Position numbers and translations under genes: made by a program
Origin: a virus
Taxonomy: Duplodnaviria > Caudoviricetes
DNA: 64,000 nucleotides
Direction: 5' to 3' (one strand)
Virus record (IMG/VR): IMGVR_UViG_3300046725_000049
Coordinates: 5,088 to 69,087 of that record
Part shown: piece by piece, positions 9,191 through 17,665 of the stretch
Position numbering within the stretch: the first letter of the stretch is position 1
Layout of the letters: every line of letters begins with the position of its first letter
Notes under the pieces: generated by a model
Database searches by the model: none
What the model was told of the DNA's origin: nothing
The model's input: only the letters and a program-made list of their open reading frames with translations

Positions 9191-9617
9191 CTCAGCGATG
9201 ACCACCATCCTCGTCGCGGCGCTGAGCCTGCTCGGCTCCGGCCTGGCCGCGTTGCTGTCCTACCGGGCCAGCACGGCGGCCAACAAGGTGTCGGAGAAAA
9301 AGGTCGACGCCGAGGCGTACGAACGCTCCCAGCAGTTCTACGAGAAGCTGCTCGGCGAGGCGGACAAGGCCCTGGACCGGCTGCGCGGCCAGGTCGAGCG
9401 GCTACAGGACCAGCTTGATCGGGTCAACGGCCAACTCGCCCAGGAACAGGACGTGTCCAATCTGCTGCGCAACCACGTCCGGTCGTTGCAGACCCAAGTC
9501 AACGGCATGGAGACGGCGGTCAGCGCGCTGCGCACCCAAATCACCAACACCGGGTCCGCCACGGGCACCCGTCGACCCCCTCCGCCGGCTGACGGGCTGC
9601 CGATAGAAAGTGTGTGA
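9183..9617 (+). CDS. Single-TM plus coiled-coil membrane protein (lysis accessory-like)
   Basis: N-terminal hydrophobic helix followed by heptads (ALDRLRGQVERLQDQLDRVNGQL); coupled to the 4-TM gene. Confidence 0.65.
   Translation: MSSSAMTTILVAALSLLGSGLAALLSYRASTAANKVSEKKVDAEAYERSQQFYEKLLGEADKALDRLRGQVERLQDQLDRVNGQLAQEQDVSNLLRNHVRSLQTQVNGMETAVSALRTQITNTGSATGTRRPPPPADGLPIESV
9599..9606 (+). promoter_or_regulatory. Candidate sigma-28-type -10 element GCCGATAG
   Basis: Ends 7 nt before GTG 9614; 7/8 match to the sigma-28 consensus GCCGATAA. Confidence 0.45.
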
Positions 9618-10105
9618 CGGGCGGCCCGGTTAGGCGTGTCGCGCCGCCGAGGGACCAGGCCCTGACCCGGGTCCGCCCCCCGGCGGCGCCCTCACGTCGC
9701 GTCACCCTCAGCCCCGCCGGGGCATATCTCATCGAACGAGCACCCGCGTTGCTTGCCGCCGCCGCGCCACTGGCCGCATCGCCCGCCGACCTGCAACCCG
9801 CCGATCTGGCCACCGGTCGCGGCCTGACCTACGAGTGGGAGCTGTTCCTGGCCGACGTGTTGCGCCGGCTGGCCCTCGTCGAGTCCGGCACAGGCGGCGG
9901 TGGTGGCGGACTCAGTTACGTGCACACCCAAAACGCTCCTGCCGCCACCTGGACCATCAGCCACAACCTGGGCACCGCACCTGCCCTCGAACTCGTGGCC
10001 GACGACGGGACCGAGCTGTACGCCGAGGTTCACCACCCCGATCTCAACACCGTCGTCATCATCTTCGGGCAGCCCTGGTCGGGCACCGCCTACCTGTACG
10101 GCTAG
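9614..10105 (+). CDS. Virion structural protein with C-terminal HNLG-type fibre domain
   Basis: YVHTQNAPAATWTISHNLG...VIIFGQPWSGTAYL; related to the C-terminus of the next gene. Confidence 0.65.
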   Translation: MTGGPVRRVAPPRDQALTRVRPPAAPSRRVTLSPAGAYLIERAPALLAAAAPLAASPADLQPADLATGRGLTYEWELFLADVLRRLALVESGTGGGGGGLSYVHTQNAPAATWTISHNLGTAPALELVADDGTELYAEVHHPDLNTVVIIFGQPWSGTAYLYG

Positions 10106-10113
10106 GGAGTGTC

Positions 10114-10899
10114 ATGCCAATCCAGTTCGTCCAGAGCGTTGATTTCGGCAACCAGCGGCTGACCGGCGTCGCGTCCCCGTCGGTCGGCACAGACGCGGCC
10201 AACAAGAACTATGTCGACAACGCCATCCAAGGTCTGGACTGGAAGGCGTCGGTGCGGGCCGCGTCCACCGGCAACATCAACCTGGCCGCGCCCGGCGCCA
10301 CCATTGACGGCGTCACCATGGTCGCCAACGACCGGTTCCTGGCCAAAGACCAGAGCGCCGGTGCGCAAAACGGCATCTACGTCTTCAACGGCGCCGCCAC
10401 CCCGGCCACCCGCGCCACCGACGCCAACACCAGCGCCCAGGTCACCCCCGGCATGGCCACCACGGTCGAAGAGGGCTCCGTCAACGCCGACAAGATCTTC
10501 ATCGTCATCACCGACGGCCCGATCACCCTGGGCACCACCTCGCTGGCCTTCACCACCCTCGGCGGCGGCACCCCCTACACCGCCGGCAACGGCCTGAGCC
10601 TGGCCGGCAACGCCTTCTCCGTCGTGGCCGGCACCGGCATCGTCGTGGGCGCCAACGTCGGCATCGATGCCTCCGTGGTCACCCGCAAGTACGCGGCCAA
10701 CATCGGCGACGGCGCGTCCACCTCCATCAGCGTCACCCACAACCTGGGCACCCGCGACGCGCAGGTGCAGGTCTACACCAACGCCACCCCGTGGGACACC
10801 GTGTGGTGTGAGGTGCAGCGCCCAGACACCAACACCGTCACCCTCATCTTCGGCGCCGCACCCGCCTCGGCCGCCTACCGGGCCGTGGTCCAAGGATGA
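10114..10899 (+). CDS. Fibre/decoration-like virion protein
   Basis: GTDAANKNYVD, VRAASTGNINL..PGATIDGV...DRFLAKDQ..GAQNGIY motifs common in phage fibre/decoration proteins; RBS GGGAG before ATG 10114. Confidence 0.75.
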   Translation: MPIQFVQSVDFGNQRLTGVASPSVGTDAANKNYVDNAIQGLDWKASVRAASTGNINLAAPGATIDGVTMVANDRFLAKDQSAGAQNGIYVFNGAATPATRATDANTSAQVTPGMATTVEEGSVNADKIFIVITDGPITLGTTSLAFTTLGGGTPYTAGNGLSLAGNAFSVVAGTGIVVGANVGIDASVVTRKYAANIGDGASTSISVTHNLGTRDAQVQVYTNATPWDTVWCEVQRPDTNTVTLIFGAAPASAAYRAVVQG

Positions 10900-11282
10900 T
10901 CAAGTTCCGGCAGCTTCTGGACTTCGGCGGCTTCCGGCTCACCAGCCTTGGGACACCGACCGCCGGCACGGATGCAGCCACCAAGGCATACGTCGACAGC
11001 GCGGTAACAAGCCCGGTCCACACGGTGGCCACCAAGACCACCAACTACACCATCGGCGCCACCGATGACATCGTCCTGGCCAACGGTGCCGCGCTCACCA
11101 TCACCCTGCCGTCGGCTGTGACCGCCGGCTCGGGACGCGCCTACACCGTGAAAAACATCAACAGCGGCAGCGCGACGCTCACCGCAACCGCCGGCACCAT
11201 CGACGGCGCCGCCGCTATCACCCTGCGCCAGGATGAGGCCCGCACGGTTGTGTCCGACGGCGCCAACTGGTACGTCATTTAG
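10896..11282 (+). CDS. Small fibre-like virion protein
   Basis: GTDAATKAYVD repeat shared with the upstream gene; TITLPSA...SDGANWYVI beta-rich domain. Confidence 0.7.
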   Translation: MIKFRQLLDFGGFRLTSLGTPTAGTDAATKAYVDSAVTSPVHTVATKTTNYTIGATDDIVLANGAALTITLPSAVTAGSGRAYTVKNINSGSATLTATAGTIDGAAAITLRQDEARTVVSDGANWYVI

Positions 11283-11294
11283 CGGAGTTGACCG

Positions 11295-12164
11295 ATGACC
11301 TACAGCCCCGGCGACGTGGAGGTCCAGGCGTTCACCGATGCGGTGACGCCGGGAACCTGGATCAAACCGGTCGGCGCCAAGACGGTGTTCGTGTACGCCG
11401 TCGGTGGGGGCGGAGGTGGTGCCTCGGGCCGGCAGGGCGCCGCCGGGACCACCCGGTATGCCGGCACCGGTGGCGGAGGTGCTGCCAGCGCCTCCAACTG
11501 GTTCCTGGCCAACGCCCTACCGGCCACCGTCAGTGTCACCGTCGGCGCCGGAGGAGCCGCCGGGGCTGGCCCGGCTACCACCGGTAGCGTCGCGGCGGCT
11601 GGCCTCAACGGTGCAGCCGGCGGGAACAGCACCTTCGGTACCTACATCACAGCCGGCGGTGGCGGACCGGGGGTTATCGATGTCGGCGGCGCCGCCGGTA
11701 ACGGAGCCGGTGGATCCGGCAACAATGGGCCGAGCTACATGTCCCACGGCCTGCCCTCGTTCATCACCGGCACTGGCAGTGGTGGTGGCGGCGGCACTCC
11801 GCCCAACACCAGCAAGGGCGCTGGTGGCGGAAACATCGGTGGCTCGATCAACACCTCCAATGCCGAGGTGCCCGCCGCCCAGGTGGGTGGTACTAACACC
11901 GTTTTCTCCACTCAACAGGCGGGGGCGCCCGCCGGTGTCGCCCCCGGCGGAAACGGCGCCAATGGGCAGTCCGGTGGCCCGGTCGGCGACGGCGGAGGTG
12001 GCGGCGCGTCCAATGTGGGCGGCAGCGTGCCAGCCGGCAAAGGCGGCAATGGCGGTTACCCCGGCGGCGGCGGAGGTGGCGGTGGGGCATCCGTGGTGCC
12101 CTACCACTCCGGTGTTGGCGGAGTTGGCGCCGACGGGCACGTCATTGTTTTCACCCATTTCTAG
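11295..12164 (+). CDS. Glycine-rich virion protein, paralog 1
   Basis: TWIKPVGAKTVFVYAVGGGGGG...GADGHVIVFT, a glycine-rich phage domain. Confidence 0.75.
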   Translation: MTYSPGDVEVQAFTDAVTPGTWIKPVGAKTVFVYAVGGGGGGASGRQGAAGTTRYAGTGGGGAASASNWFLANALPATVSVTVGAGGAAGAGPATTGSVAAAGLNGAAGGNSTFGTYITAGGGGPGVIDVGGAAGNGAGGSGNNGPSYMSHGLPSFITGTGSGGGGGTPPNTSKGAGGGNIGGSINTSNAEVPAAQVGGTNTVFSTQQAGAPAGVAPGGNGANGQSGGPVGDGGGGGASNVGGSVPAGKGGNGGYPGGGGGGGGASVVPYHSGVGGVGADGHVIVFTHF

Positions 12165-12182
12165 GCAGGAGCCGACCCGCCG

Positions 12183-13046
12183 ATGACCTACACCCGCAAT
12201 CCCGTCGACCTCCAGGTGTTCACCGACGCCACCAGCCCCGCCACCTGGACCAAACCGGCCGGTGCCAAGACGGTGTTCGTTTTCGTCGTCGGTGCGGGTG
12301 CAGGCGGCGCCTCCGGTCGGCAGGGCGCCACCAACACGATCCGCTACGGCGGCACCGGCGGTGGCGGTGGTGGCCTGTCCACCAACTGGTATCTGGCCAA
12401 CGTCCTGCCGGCCACCGTTACCGTCACCGTCGGCGCCGCCGGCTCCGGCGGCGTGGGAGCGTCCACCACAGGCGTAGTAGCGGCGGCCGGAGCCAACGGC
12501 GTCGACGGCGGCAGCTCCAGTTTCGGCATACTCGTCACGGCCGGCGGCGGCGTGCACGGCATCATCGACAGCGGCGGAACCGGAGCAAATGGCGTCGGCG
12601 GAGCGGGCAACAATGGGCCGAGCTACATGGCTACCGGGTTGCCGTCCTTCGTGGCCGTTGCGGGGACCGGCGGGTCTGGGCAGAGCGGCGGCGGATCCAG
12701 TACCAAGGGCGCCGGCGGTGGAAATGTCGGTGGCTCGCTCAACAGCTCGAATGTGGAGTCGAACCCGGCCCAGCCGGGTCAAGCCCACAACTTGTTCGCA
12801 CAATCCGGCGGTGGCGCCGCAGGCGTGTCCCCCGGCGGCAACGGTGGCAGCGGCGCCACAGGAGGGGCGTTGGGTGCCGGCGGCGGCGGCGGAGGCTGCC
12901 ACCCGAGCGCAGCGGCTGGCAACGGCGGTACCGGTGGCTACCCCGGCGGCGGCGGTGGTGGTGGTGGAGCCTCACCTACCGGTTTCCACGCCGGTACCGG
13001 TGCGAGCGGCGCCGACGGGTACGTCATCGTCGTCACCCAGCTCTGA
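12183..13046 (+). CDS. Glycine-rich virion protein, paralog 2
   Basis: Colinear with the previous gene (TWTKPAGAKTVFV..., GNNGPSYM, SKGAGGGN/TKGAGGGN, GGYPGGGGGGG). Confidence 0.75.
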   Translation: MTYTRNPVDLQVFTDATSPATWTKPAGAKTVFVFVVGAGAGGASGRQGATNTIRYGGTGGGGGGLSTNWYLANVLPATVTVTVGAAGSGGVGASTTGVVAAAGANGVDGGSSSFGILVTAGGGVHGIIDSGGTGANGVGGAGNNGPSYMATGLPSFVAVAGTGGSGQSGGGSSTKGAGGGNVGGSLNSSNVESNPAQPGQAHNLFAQSGGGAAGVSPGGNGGSGATGGALGAGGGGGGCHPSAAAGNGGTGGYPGGGGGGGGASPTGFHAGTGASGADGYVIVVTQL

Positions 13047-13056
13047 TCTGAACCCC

Positions 13057-13064
13057 ACCGATAA
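13057..13064 (+). promoter_or_regulatory. Candidate sigma-28-type -10 element ACCGATAA
   Basis: In a 44-nt intergenic gap, followed by the RBS GAAAGG and ATG 13091. Confidence 0.5.
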
Positions 13065-13090
13065 GTCAAAGGGTGAAAGGTGGTGGCCCC

Positions 13091-13753
13091 ATGCCCCGAG
13101 GTGTACCGCGCACTCCCCGTGCGAAAGCGACCAGCGAGATGGTCGCGTTGCTGGCCGAGACTCTTGACCCCGACTCGGACGAGACCATCGAGGACCCCGA
13201 CGAGGAGCAGCTCGACGACGAGCAGCCCGACGAGGCTCCCGACGAGTTGGTTCCGGCGCCCCGGCCCCAGCCGGAATCCACGCTGAGCCCCGAGCAGCGG
13301 CGCATCCGCGAGCTGGAAAACCAGCTCGCCGTGGAACGCGGACGCAAGGACCCGCAAGCCGAGCTGGAGAAGCCCAAGCGCAGCAAGGAGAACGTCCTCA
13401 TCCACTTCGTGGGCGACGGATTCACCGCGTTGGGCCAGATCTGGTACCGGGGCCAGGAGCTGGAGTTCACCCCCGGCAGCGGCGCCTACCAGGACACCTG
13501 CGACCGGTCCGGGCGGTCCTGGCTGGAGCTGCGCGAGGACGAGAGCACCCAGATCGAGAAATACGGCGAGGTGATGTTCCGGCCGGGGCCGTGGCCCGGC
13601 AAGAGCTACACCGACGCGAGCAGCGTGGCCTACGAGCAGTTGAAGCCGCTCAAGTCCGGCGGCGCGTTCGCCCCGCCCAGCGAGGAGGAGCTGGCCAAGG
13701 CCGCCGCCGCTGAGGCCAAGCGGCGCCGCGCCGCGCCCCGCCTGCCCCGGTAG
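13091..13753 (+). CDS. Hypothetical acidic protein in the head-neck region
   Basis: RBS GAAAGGTGG; acidic N-terminus, globular-looking core HFVGDGFTALGQIWYRGQELEF. Confidence 0.7.
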   Translation: MPRGVPRTPRAKATSEMVALLAETLDPDSDETIEDPDEEQLDDEQPDEAPDELVPAPRPQPESTLSPEQRRIRELENQLAVERGRKDPQAELEKPKRSKENVLIHFVGDGFTALGQIWYRGQELEFTPGSGAYQDTCDRSGRSWLELREDESTQIEKYGEVMFRPGPWPGKSYTDASSVAYEQLKPLKSGGAFAPPSEEELAKAAAAEAKRRRAAPRLPR

Positions 13754-13765
13754 AGGAGGTCCACC

Positions 13766-14323
13766 GTGCTGCCTGTGCCAACGCTTGACTACCTGGCCCA
13801 GTTCACCGGGCGCAGCCTCGCCAGCTACAGCGCCTACGCCGAGCAGGCGTTGGCGCAGGCCGCTCTGATGTTTTCCACCGTCACCAAGCTGACCGACCTG
13901 CCCGAGGACCCGGACCAGCAGCAGTTGGCCATCAACGGCATTCTTCAGATGGCCGACCGGCTCTACCTGGAGCAGCCCTACGCCACCGCCAAGGCCACCC
14001 CGTACACCTCCGAGTCGATCGGCTCCTACAGCTACAGCAAGGGCTACAGTGCCACCACGGCCAAGGCCGCCAAGGGGGAGCTGACCGGGCTGTTCTGGTG
14101 GGACCTGGCCGTGGAGGAACTGTCCCAGGTGCAGCGGTCCCTGGTCACCTCCGGATCCGTGGGTGTCTTCGACCATGACATCCGCCGGCAAGCCAGCGAC
14201 GGGCGGCGGGTGGTGATCGGGCCGGCCGAGGGGATGGAGTTTTCCGACCTCATCCCAGGCAACGCCGTGGAGTTCGTACCCGTCGACGCCACCGTGGTTG
14301 ATCACGATGTGGCAGGCGGCTGA
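13766..14323 (+). CDS. Head-to-tail adaptor
   Basis: SESIGSYSYS motif typical of gp15/gp6-like adaptors; RBS GAGGAGG. Confidence 0.75.
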   Translation: MLPVPTLDYLAQFTGRSLASYSAYAEQALAQAALMFSTVTKLTDLPEDPDQQQLAINGILQMADRLYLEQPYATAKATPYTSESIGSYSYSKGYSATTAKAAKGELTGLFWWDLAVEELSQVQRSLVTSGSVGVFDHDIRRQASDGRRVVIGPAEGMEFSDLIPGNAVEFVPVDATVVDHDVAGG

Positions 14324-14745
14324 TGCGCCACCTCTACTCCACCCGCGCCGAGGCGCTGCGCATGTCCGGGACGCTGGTCGACGGCAGCCCGGTACTTACC
14401 TGGACCAAGGTCGACACCATCGTGGACCCGAGTCTCGATGTTCCCGGCGAGCTGATGTGCCGGCTGGACATGGCCTTCGTGCGGCCCGGTAAGGACCAGC
14501 CGATGCCGGTGGTCGCCGGCCGCGCCCCCGACCGGATCGGGCTCATGTTCTTCGATGTCGGCGTCGATGTGCGGGCCGGTGACCGCATCCACGCTCTCAG
14601 TGGTCCGGTGGTCGGCACCTTCGAGGTGCGTGTGGTGCCCGACCCGGCGGTGGACCTGGCCTCCGCGCACCACATGGAGGTCCAGGTCGTCGAGGTCGCC
14701 CAGGCACTGACCGGGGTCTTCCCCGGCGCGGCAGTGGAGACCTGA
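14323..14745 (+). CDS. Head closure/stopper protein
   Basis: 140 aa beta-rich (DVRAGDRI...HHMEV); synteny after the adaptor. Confidence 0.65.
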   Translation: MRHLYSTRAEALRMSGTLVDGSPVLTWTKVDTIVDPSLDVPGELMCRLDMAFVRPGKDQPMPVVAGRAPDRIGLMFFDVGVDVRAGDRIHALSGPVVGTFEVRVVPDPAVDLASAHHMEVQVVEVAQALTGVFPGAAVET

Positions 14746-14746
14746 C

Positions 14747-15160
14747 ATGGGCGTAGCGATTCACATGGACGCCAGCGACTGGCTGGCCGAGCTGCACCGC
14801 CTGGCCGACGGGCCGGACCTGCACGACCTGCTACGACTGGAGGCCGTCCTTACCGAACAGTTCGAGCTGACCCAGCAGTACGTGCACGTCATCACCGGCT
14901 CGCTGCGCGCCTCCGGCAAGATACACAGCGACATGCACGGCCACCTCTGGGAAGGTGAGATCACCTACGGCGGCCAGTCCAACGCCATCATCGACCCGGT
15001 CAACTACGCCCGCCGCGAGCAATCCCGGGGTGTTAGCGATGTCATTGGGGTCACCGGAGGCGGCGACGAACACGGCGACCACGACTTCATGCGCCCGCTT
15101 GGCGGCGAGCAACACGGATACCTCCAGGCGATCTTGGCCTTCCTGCGCGGTGAGCGGTGA
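14747..15160 (+). CDS. HK97 gp10-like tail completion protein
   Basis: HVITGSLRASG motif; synteny. Confidence 0.6.
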   Translation: MGVAIHMDASDWLAELHRLADGPDLHDLLRLEAVLTEQFELTQQYVHVITGSLRASGKIHSDMHGHLWEGEITYGGQSNAIIDPVNYARREQSRGVSDVIGVTGGGDEHGDHDFMRPLGGEQHGYLQAILAFLRGER

Positions 15161-15636
15161 GCGCCCCCGACGACCTGATCGGTGGCGCTGTCAAATATCT
15201 GGCCGCCCAACCCGAGGTGTTGGCCGCGTTGGGTAGCTTCCCCGACGGCAAGCCCTACCTGTTCCAACGCAGCACGTGGGTCAACCTGGAAGGCAGCCAG
15301 GCCACCGCCGCCACGCTGTTTCGCGCCGGCGGCTGGGCCGGACCCAATCAGCACAACAGCATGCGCTTCCCCCGCCTTGGGTTGGAGATCTCCGCCGACC
15401 CGCAACGCGACGCCGCCAACAACCCCGCCGGCCTGGCCGCCGAAGCCGAACTGCGCCTGGTGGACACGTTCAACGTCATCGACCGGTTTCTGCACCGGCC
15501 GCAAAGCGGAGTGCAGATGTGGGGCACCGTACGCACCATCGGCTGCGCCCGGCTGGCCGAACCCGCCGTGTTCCCGGTTCCCGACGGCGGCGGGATGATG
15601 CGGCTGCGCGCCTTCTACGGCGTCATCGAAGGCTAA
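15157..15636 (+). CDS. Tail terminator protein
   Basis: 159 aa, position before the tail tube gene. Confidence 0.55.
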   Translation: MSAPDDLIGGAVKYLAAQPEVLAALGSFPDGKPYLFQRSTWVNLEGSQATAATLFRAGGWAGPNQHNSMRFPRLGLEISADPQRDAANNPAGLAAEAELRLVDTFNVIDRFLHRPQSGVQMWGTVRTIGCARLAEPAVFPVPDGGGMMRLRAFYGVIEG

Positions 15637-15638
15637 CG

Positions 15639-16772
15639 ATGAAGGTCCTACTCAAGAGCCCACTGAATCCCTACAGCGGCTACGGCGTGGATGGCATCGG
15701 CATCGCCCAGGCCCTGACCCGCGCCGGCATCGACGTGTACCTGGACCCCGAGGTGATCGGACCGCCTCTACCGTCTGGCGTGGCCACGCTGCTAACCAAA
15801 CGCCTCGACGGGCCGTTCGACCTGCTCATCCACCACAGCGACCCAGACCAGCTCGGCATCAGCGACAACGCCCGCCGGGGTGTGTCAGCCGCCGTGGGCT
15901 GGACCATGTGGGAGTACACGAGCACTGAAAATCTCCCCGGCCGCGACAGCCTGACCAAGCGGCTGCTCAACTACGACCTGGTCCTGGGCTACGACACGGT
16001 CTCCACCGCCGCCCTGGCACCCCACCAACGCCGCATCGCCACCCTGCAAGGCGGCTTCTGGCCCGACACCTGGCCGAAGGCCACCACCCGGGACTGGACC
16101 GGTGACCGGTTCGGGTTCGCCATGGTCGGGCAACTGCACCAACGCAAGGACCCATTCGTGGCCATCCAGGCGTTCAAGGAACTTCGGGATGAGCATCCCG
16201 ACTTCCACAACGCCGAACTGCACCTCAAAACTTCGACCCCCGGCCTGCACACCGCAATGCAGGACTGGTGCCCCGGCCTGTATGTGCACTACGCCGTGTG
16301 GCCCACCGAAGCGCTCCGCGACTTCTACGGCCGCCAACATGTCCTGCTCGCCCCTTCACGCGGGGAAGGCAAGAACGTGCCCGCCCTGGAGTTCATGTCC
16401 ACCGGCGGCACGGTCATCGCCACCAACTGGGGCGGCCCCACCCAGTGGCTGTCCAACCAGTACGCCTACCCGCTGGACTTCGAGCTGCAACCCCAATCCC
16501 CGGCCACACCCGACTGCCGCAACGCCCGCGCCGACAAGGACCACCTCAAGGCGCTGATGCTGCACACCTACCGCACCCGCGCCGAGGTCGCCCGCAAGGG
16601 GGCGATGGCCGCCCGCGTCATCCCCGCCATGTGCGGCTGGGAACCGGTTCTGGAACGGCTGTTCACCAAACTGGCCGAACACATTCCCACCACCGGCCCC
16701 CAACTCCAGCACGCCTACCGCGCCGCGAAGACCGCCCAGGAAACCCGAGGGCTGGTGCGCACCGTTGGCTGA
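15639..16772 (+). CDS. Glycosyltransferase, GT-B fold (GT4-like)
   Basis: SGYG near the N-terminus, RKDP...AF, LLAPSRGEGKNVPALEFMSTGGTVIATNWGG; true start ATG 15639. Confidence 0.9.
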   Translation: MKVLLKSPLNPYSGYGVDGIGIAQALTRAGIDVYLDPEVIGPPLPSGVATLLTKRLDGPFDLLIHHSDPDQLGISDNARRGVSAAVGWTMWEYTSTENLPGRDSLTKRLLNYDLVLGYDTVSTAALAPHQRRIATLQGGFWPDTWPKATTRDWTGDRFGFAMVGQLHQRKDPFVAIQAFKELRDEHPDFHNAELHLKTSTPGLHTAMQDWCPGLYVHYAVWPTEALRDFYGRQHVLLAPSRGEGKNVPALEFMSTGGTVIATNWGGPTQWLSNQYAYPLDFELQPQSPATPDCRNARADKDHLKALMLHTYRTRAEVARKGAMAARVIPAMCGWEPVLERLFTKLAEHIPTTGPQLQHAYRAAKTAQETRGLVRTVG

Positions 16773-16992
16773 AACCATCGAGGTCCGCTGCCCCGTCGGA
16801 CCCCAGCGGCTGTTCACCAAACTCAAGCTGGGCGAGGAGGCCGCCCGCATGGTGCAACCGGCCAACCTCATCGAGTTCACCTGCCAGGACTGCACCGGCA
16901 AGACCAGCCGAGCGCAGGGCCACGCCGTGAAGGTGTTCCACCGCTACAACTTCCTCGGCGAGCTGGTCGAGACCATCGTCGAGCCCAGGTAG
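16765..16992 (+). CDS. Small putative metal-binding protein
   Basis: 75 aa with RCP and CQDC motifs; coupled to the GT gene. Confidence 0.65.
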   Translation: MAETIEVRCPVGPQRLFTKLKLGEEAARMVQPANLIEFTCQDCTGKTSRAQGHAVKVFHRYNFLGELVETIVEPR

Positions 16993-17060
16993 CCACAGGG
17001 TTTCCCAACCTCTCCATCCGATTAGACACAACGACCCGTCCGAGGCAGGGGAGTGTCGTT

Positions 17061-17621
17061 GTGGCTAGCAAGATCGTAGAAGGCTTTTCGCTGACGCACG
17101 CGGCGATCCTGGATGGGGCGACCGGGGCCGAGGAGGTCGCGGGCGACATCTACGGTGTGCGCTCGGGCACCATCGCCGCCGACACCGGCAACTACGACAA
17201 CACCGGTGATGACGCCGTGTTGTCCTCGTGGTTCTGGTTCAACTTCGCCACCGTGACGATCCAGGCCGGGTACGTGCCGTTCGACACCATCGCGCTGCTG
17301 TCCGGCGCCACGGTGACTTCCTCCGGCACCGCCCCCAACGACTACTACAGCCTTCCGCTGTGGGACACCGACTCCCTCAACCAGCCGCCCCGCCCCATGG
17401 TGATTCGGGTGCCGGCCAAGGACGTGGCAGGTCTGACCCGAACCATCGACTTCGTGCTTTACCGGGTCCAGTTCGGCCCGTTCTCCTTCGACGGCCCCAG
17501 CTACAAGAGCGGGTTGCTGTTGAACTACACCGGCCGCGCCGTGGTGTCCTCGGTCGACGAGACCGGTGCGGCCCTGACGAAGAAGGCCGTCGGGCGAATC
17601 ATCAACCGCCCCGCCACCTAA
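17061..17621 (+). CDS. Major tail (tube) protein
   Basis: 186 aa beta-rich; RBS GGGGAG; lies upstream of the chaperone and tape measure genes. Confidence 0.8.
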   Translation: MASKIVEGFSLTHAAILDGATGAEEVAGDIYGVRSGTIAADTGNYDNTGDDAVLSSWFWFNFATVTIQAGYVPFDTIALLSGATVTSSGTAPNDYYSLPLWDTDSLNQPPRPMVIRVPAKDVAGLTRTIDFVLYRVQFGPFSFDGPSYKSGLLLNYTGRAVVSSVDETGAALTKKAVGRIINRPAT

Positions 17622-17665
17622 TACAACACCCAACGCCAACCACACGGAGCCCTTGGAGGCGAGTT

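Noticed and set aside
11295-13046. GGC/GGT runs as a VNTR or hypervariable cassette
   Set aside because: Explained by poly-Gly coding; no exact tandem units or template/variable repeat pair
15276-15638. N-terminal 121 aa of the 498-aa track ORF
   Set aside because: Overlaps the tail terminator gene out of frame; the GT domain begins at ATG 15639
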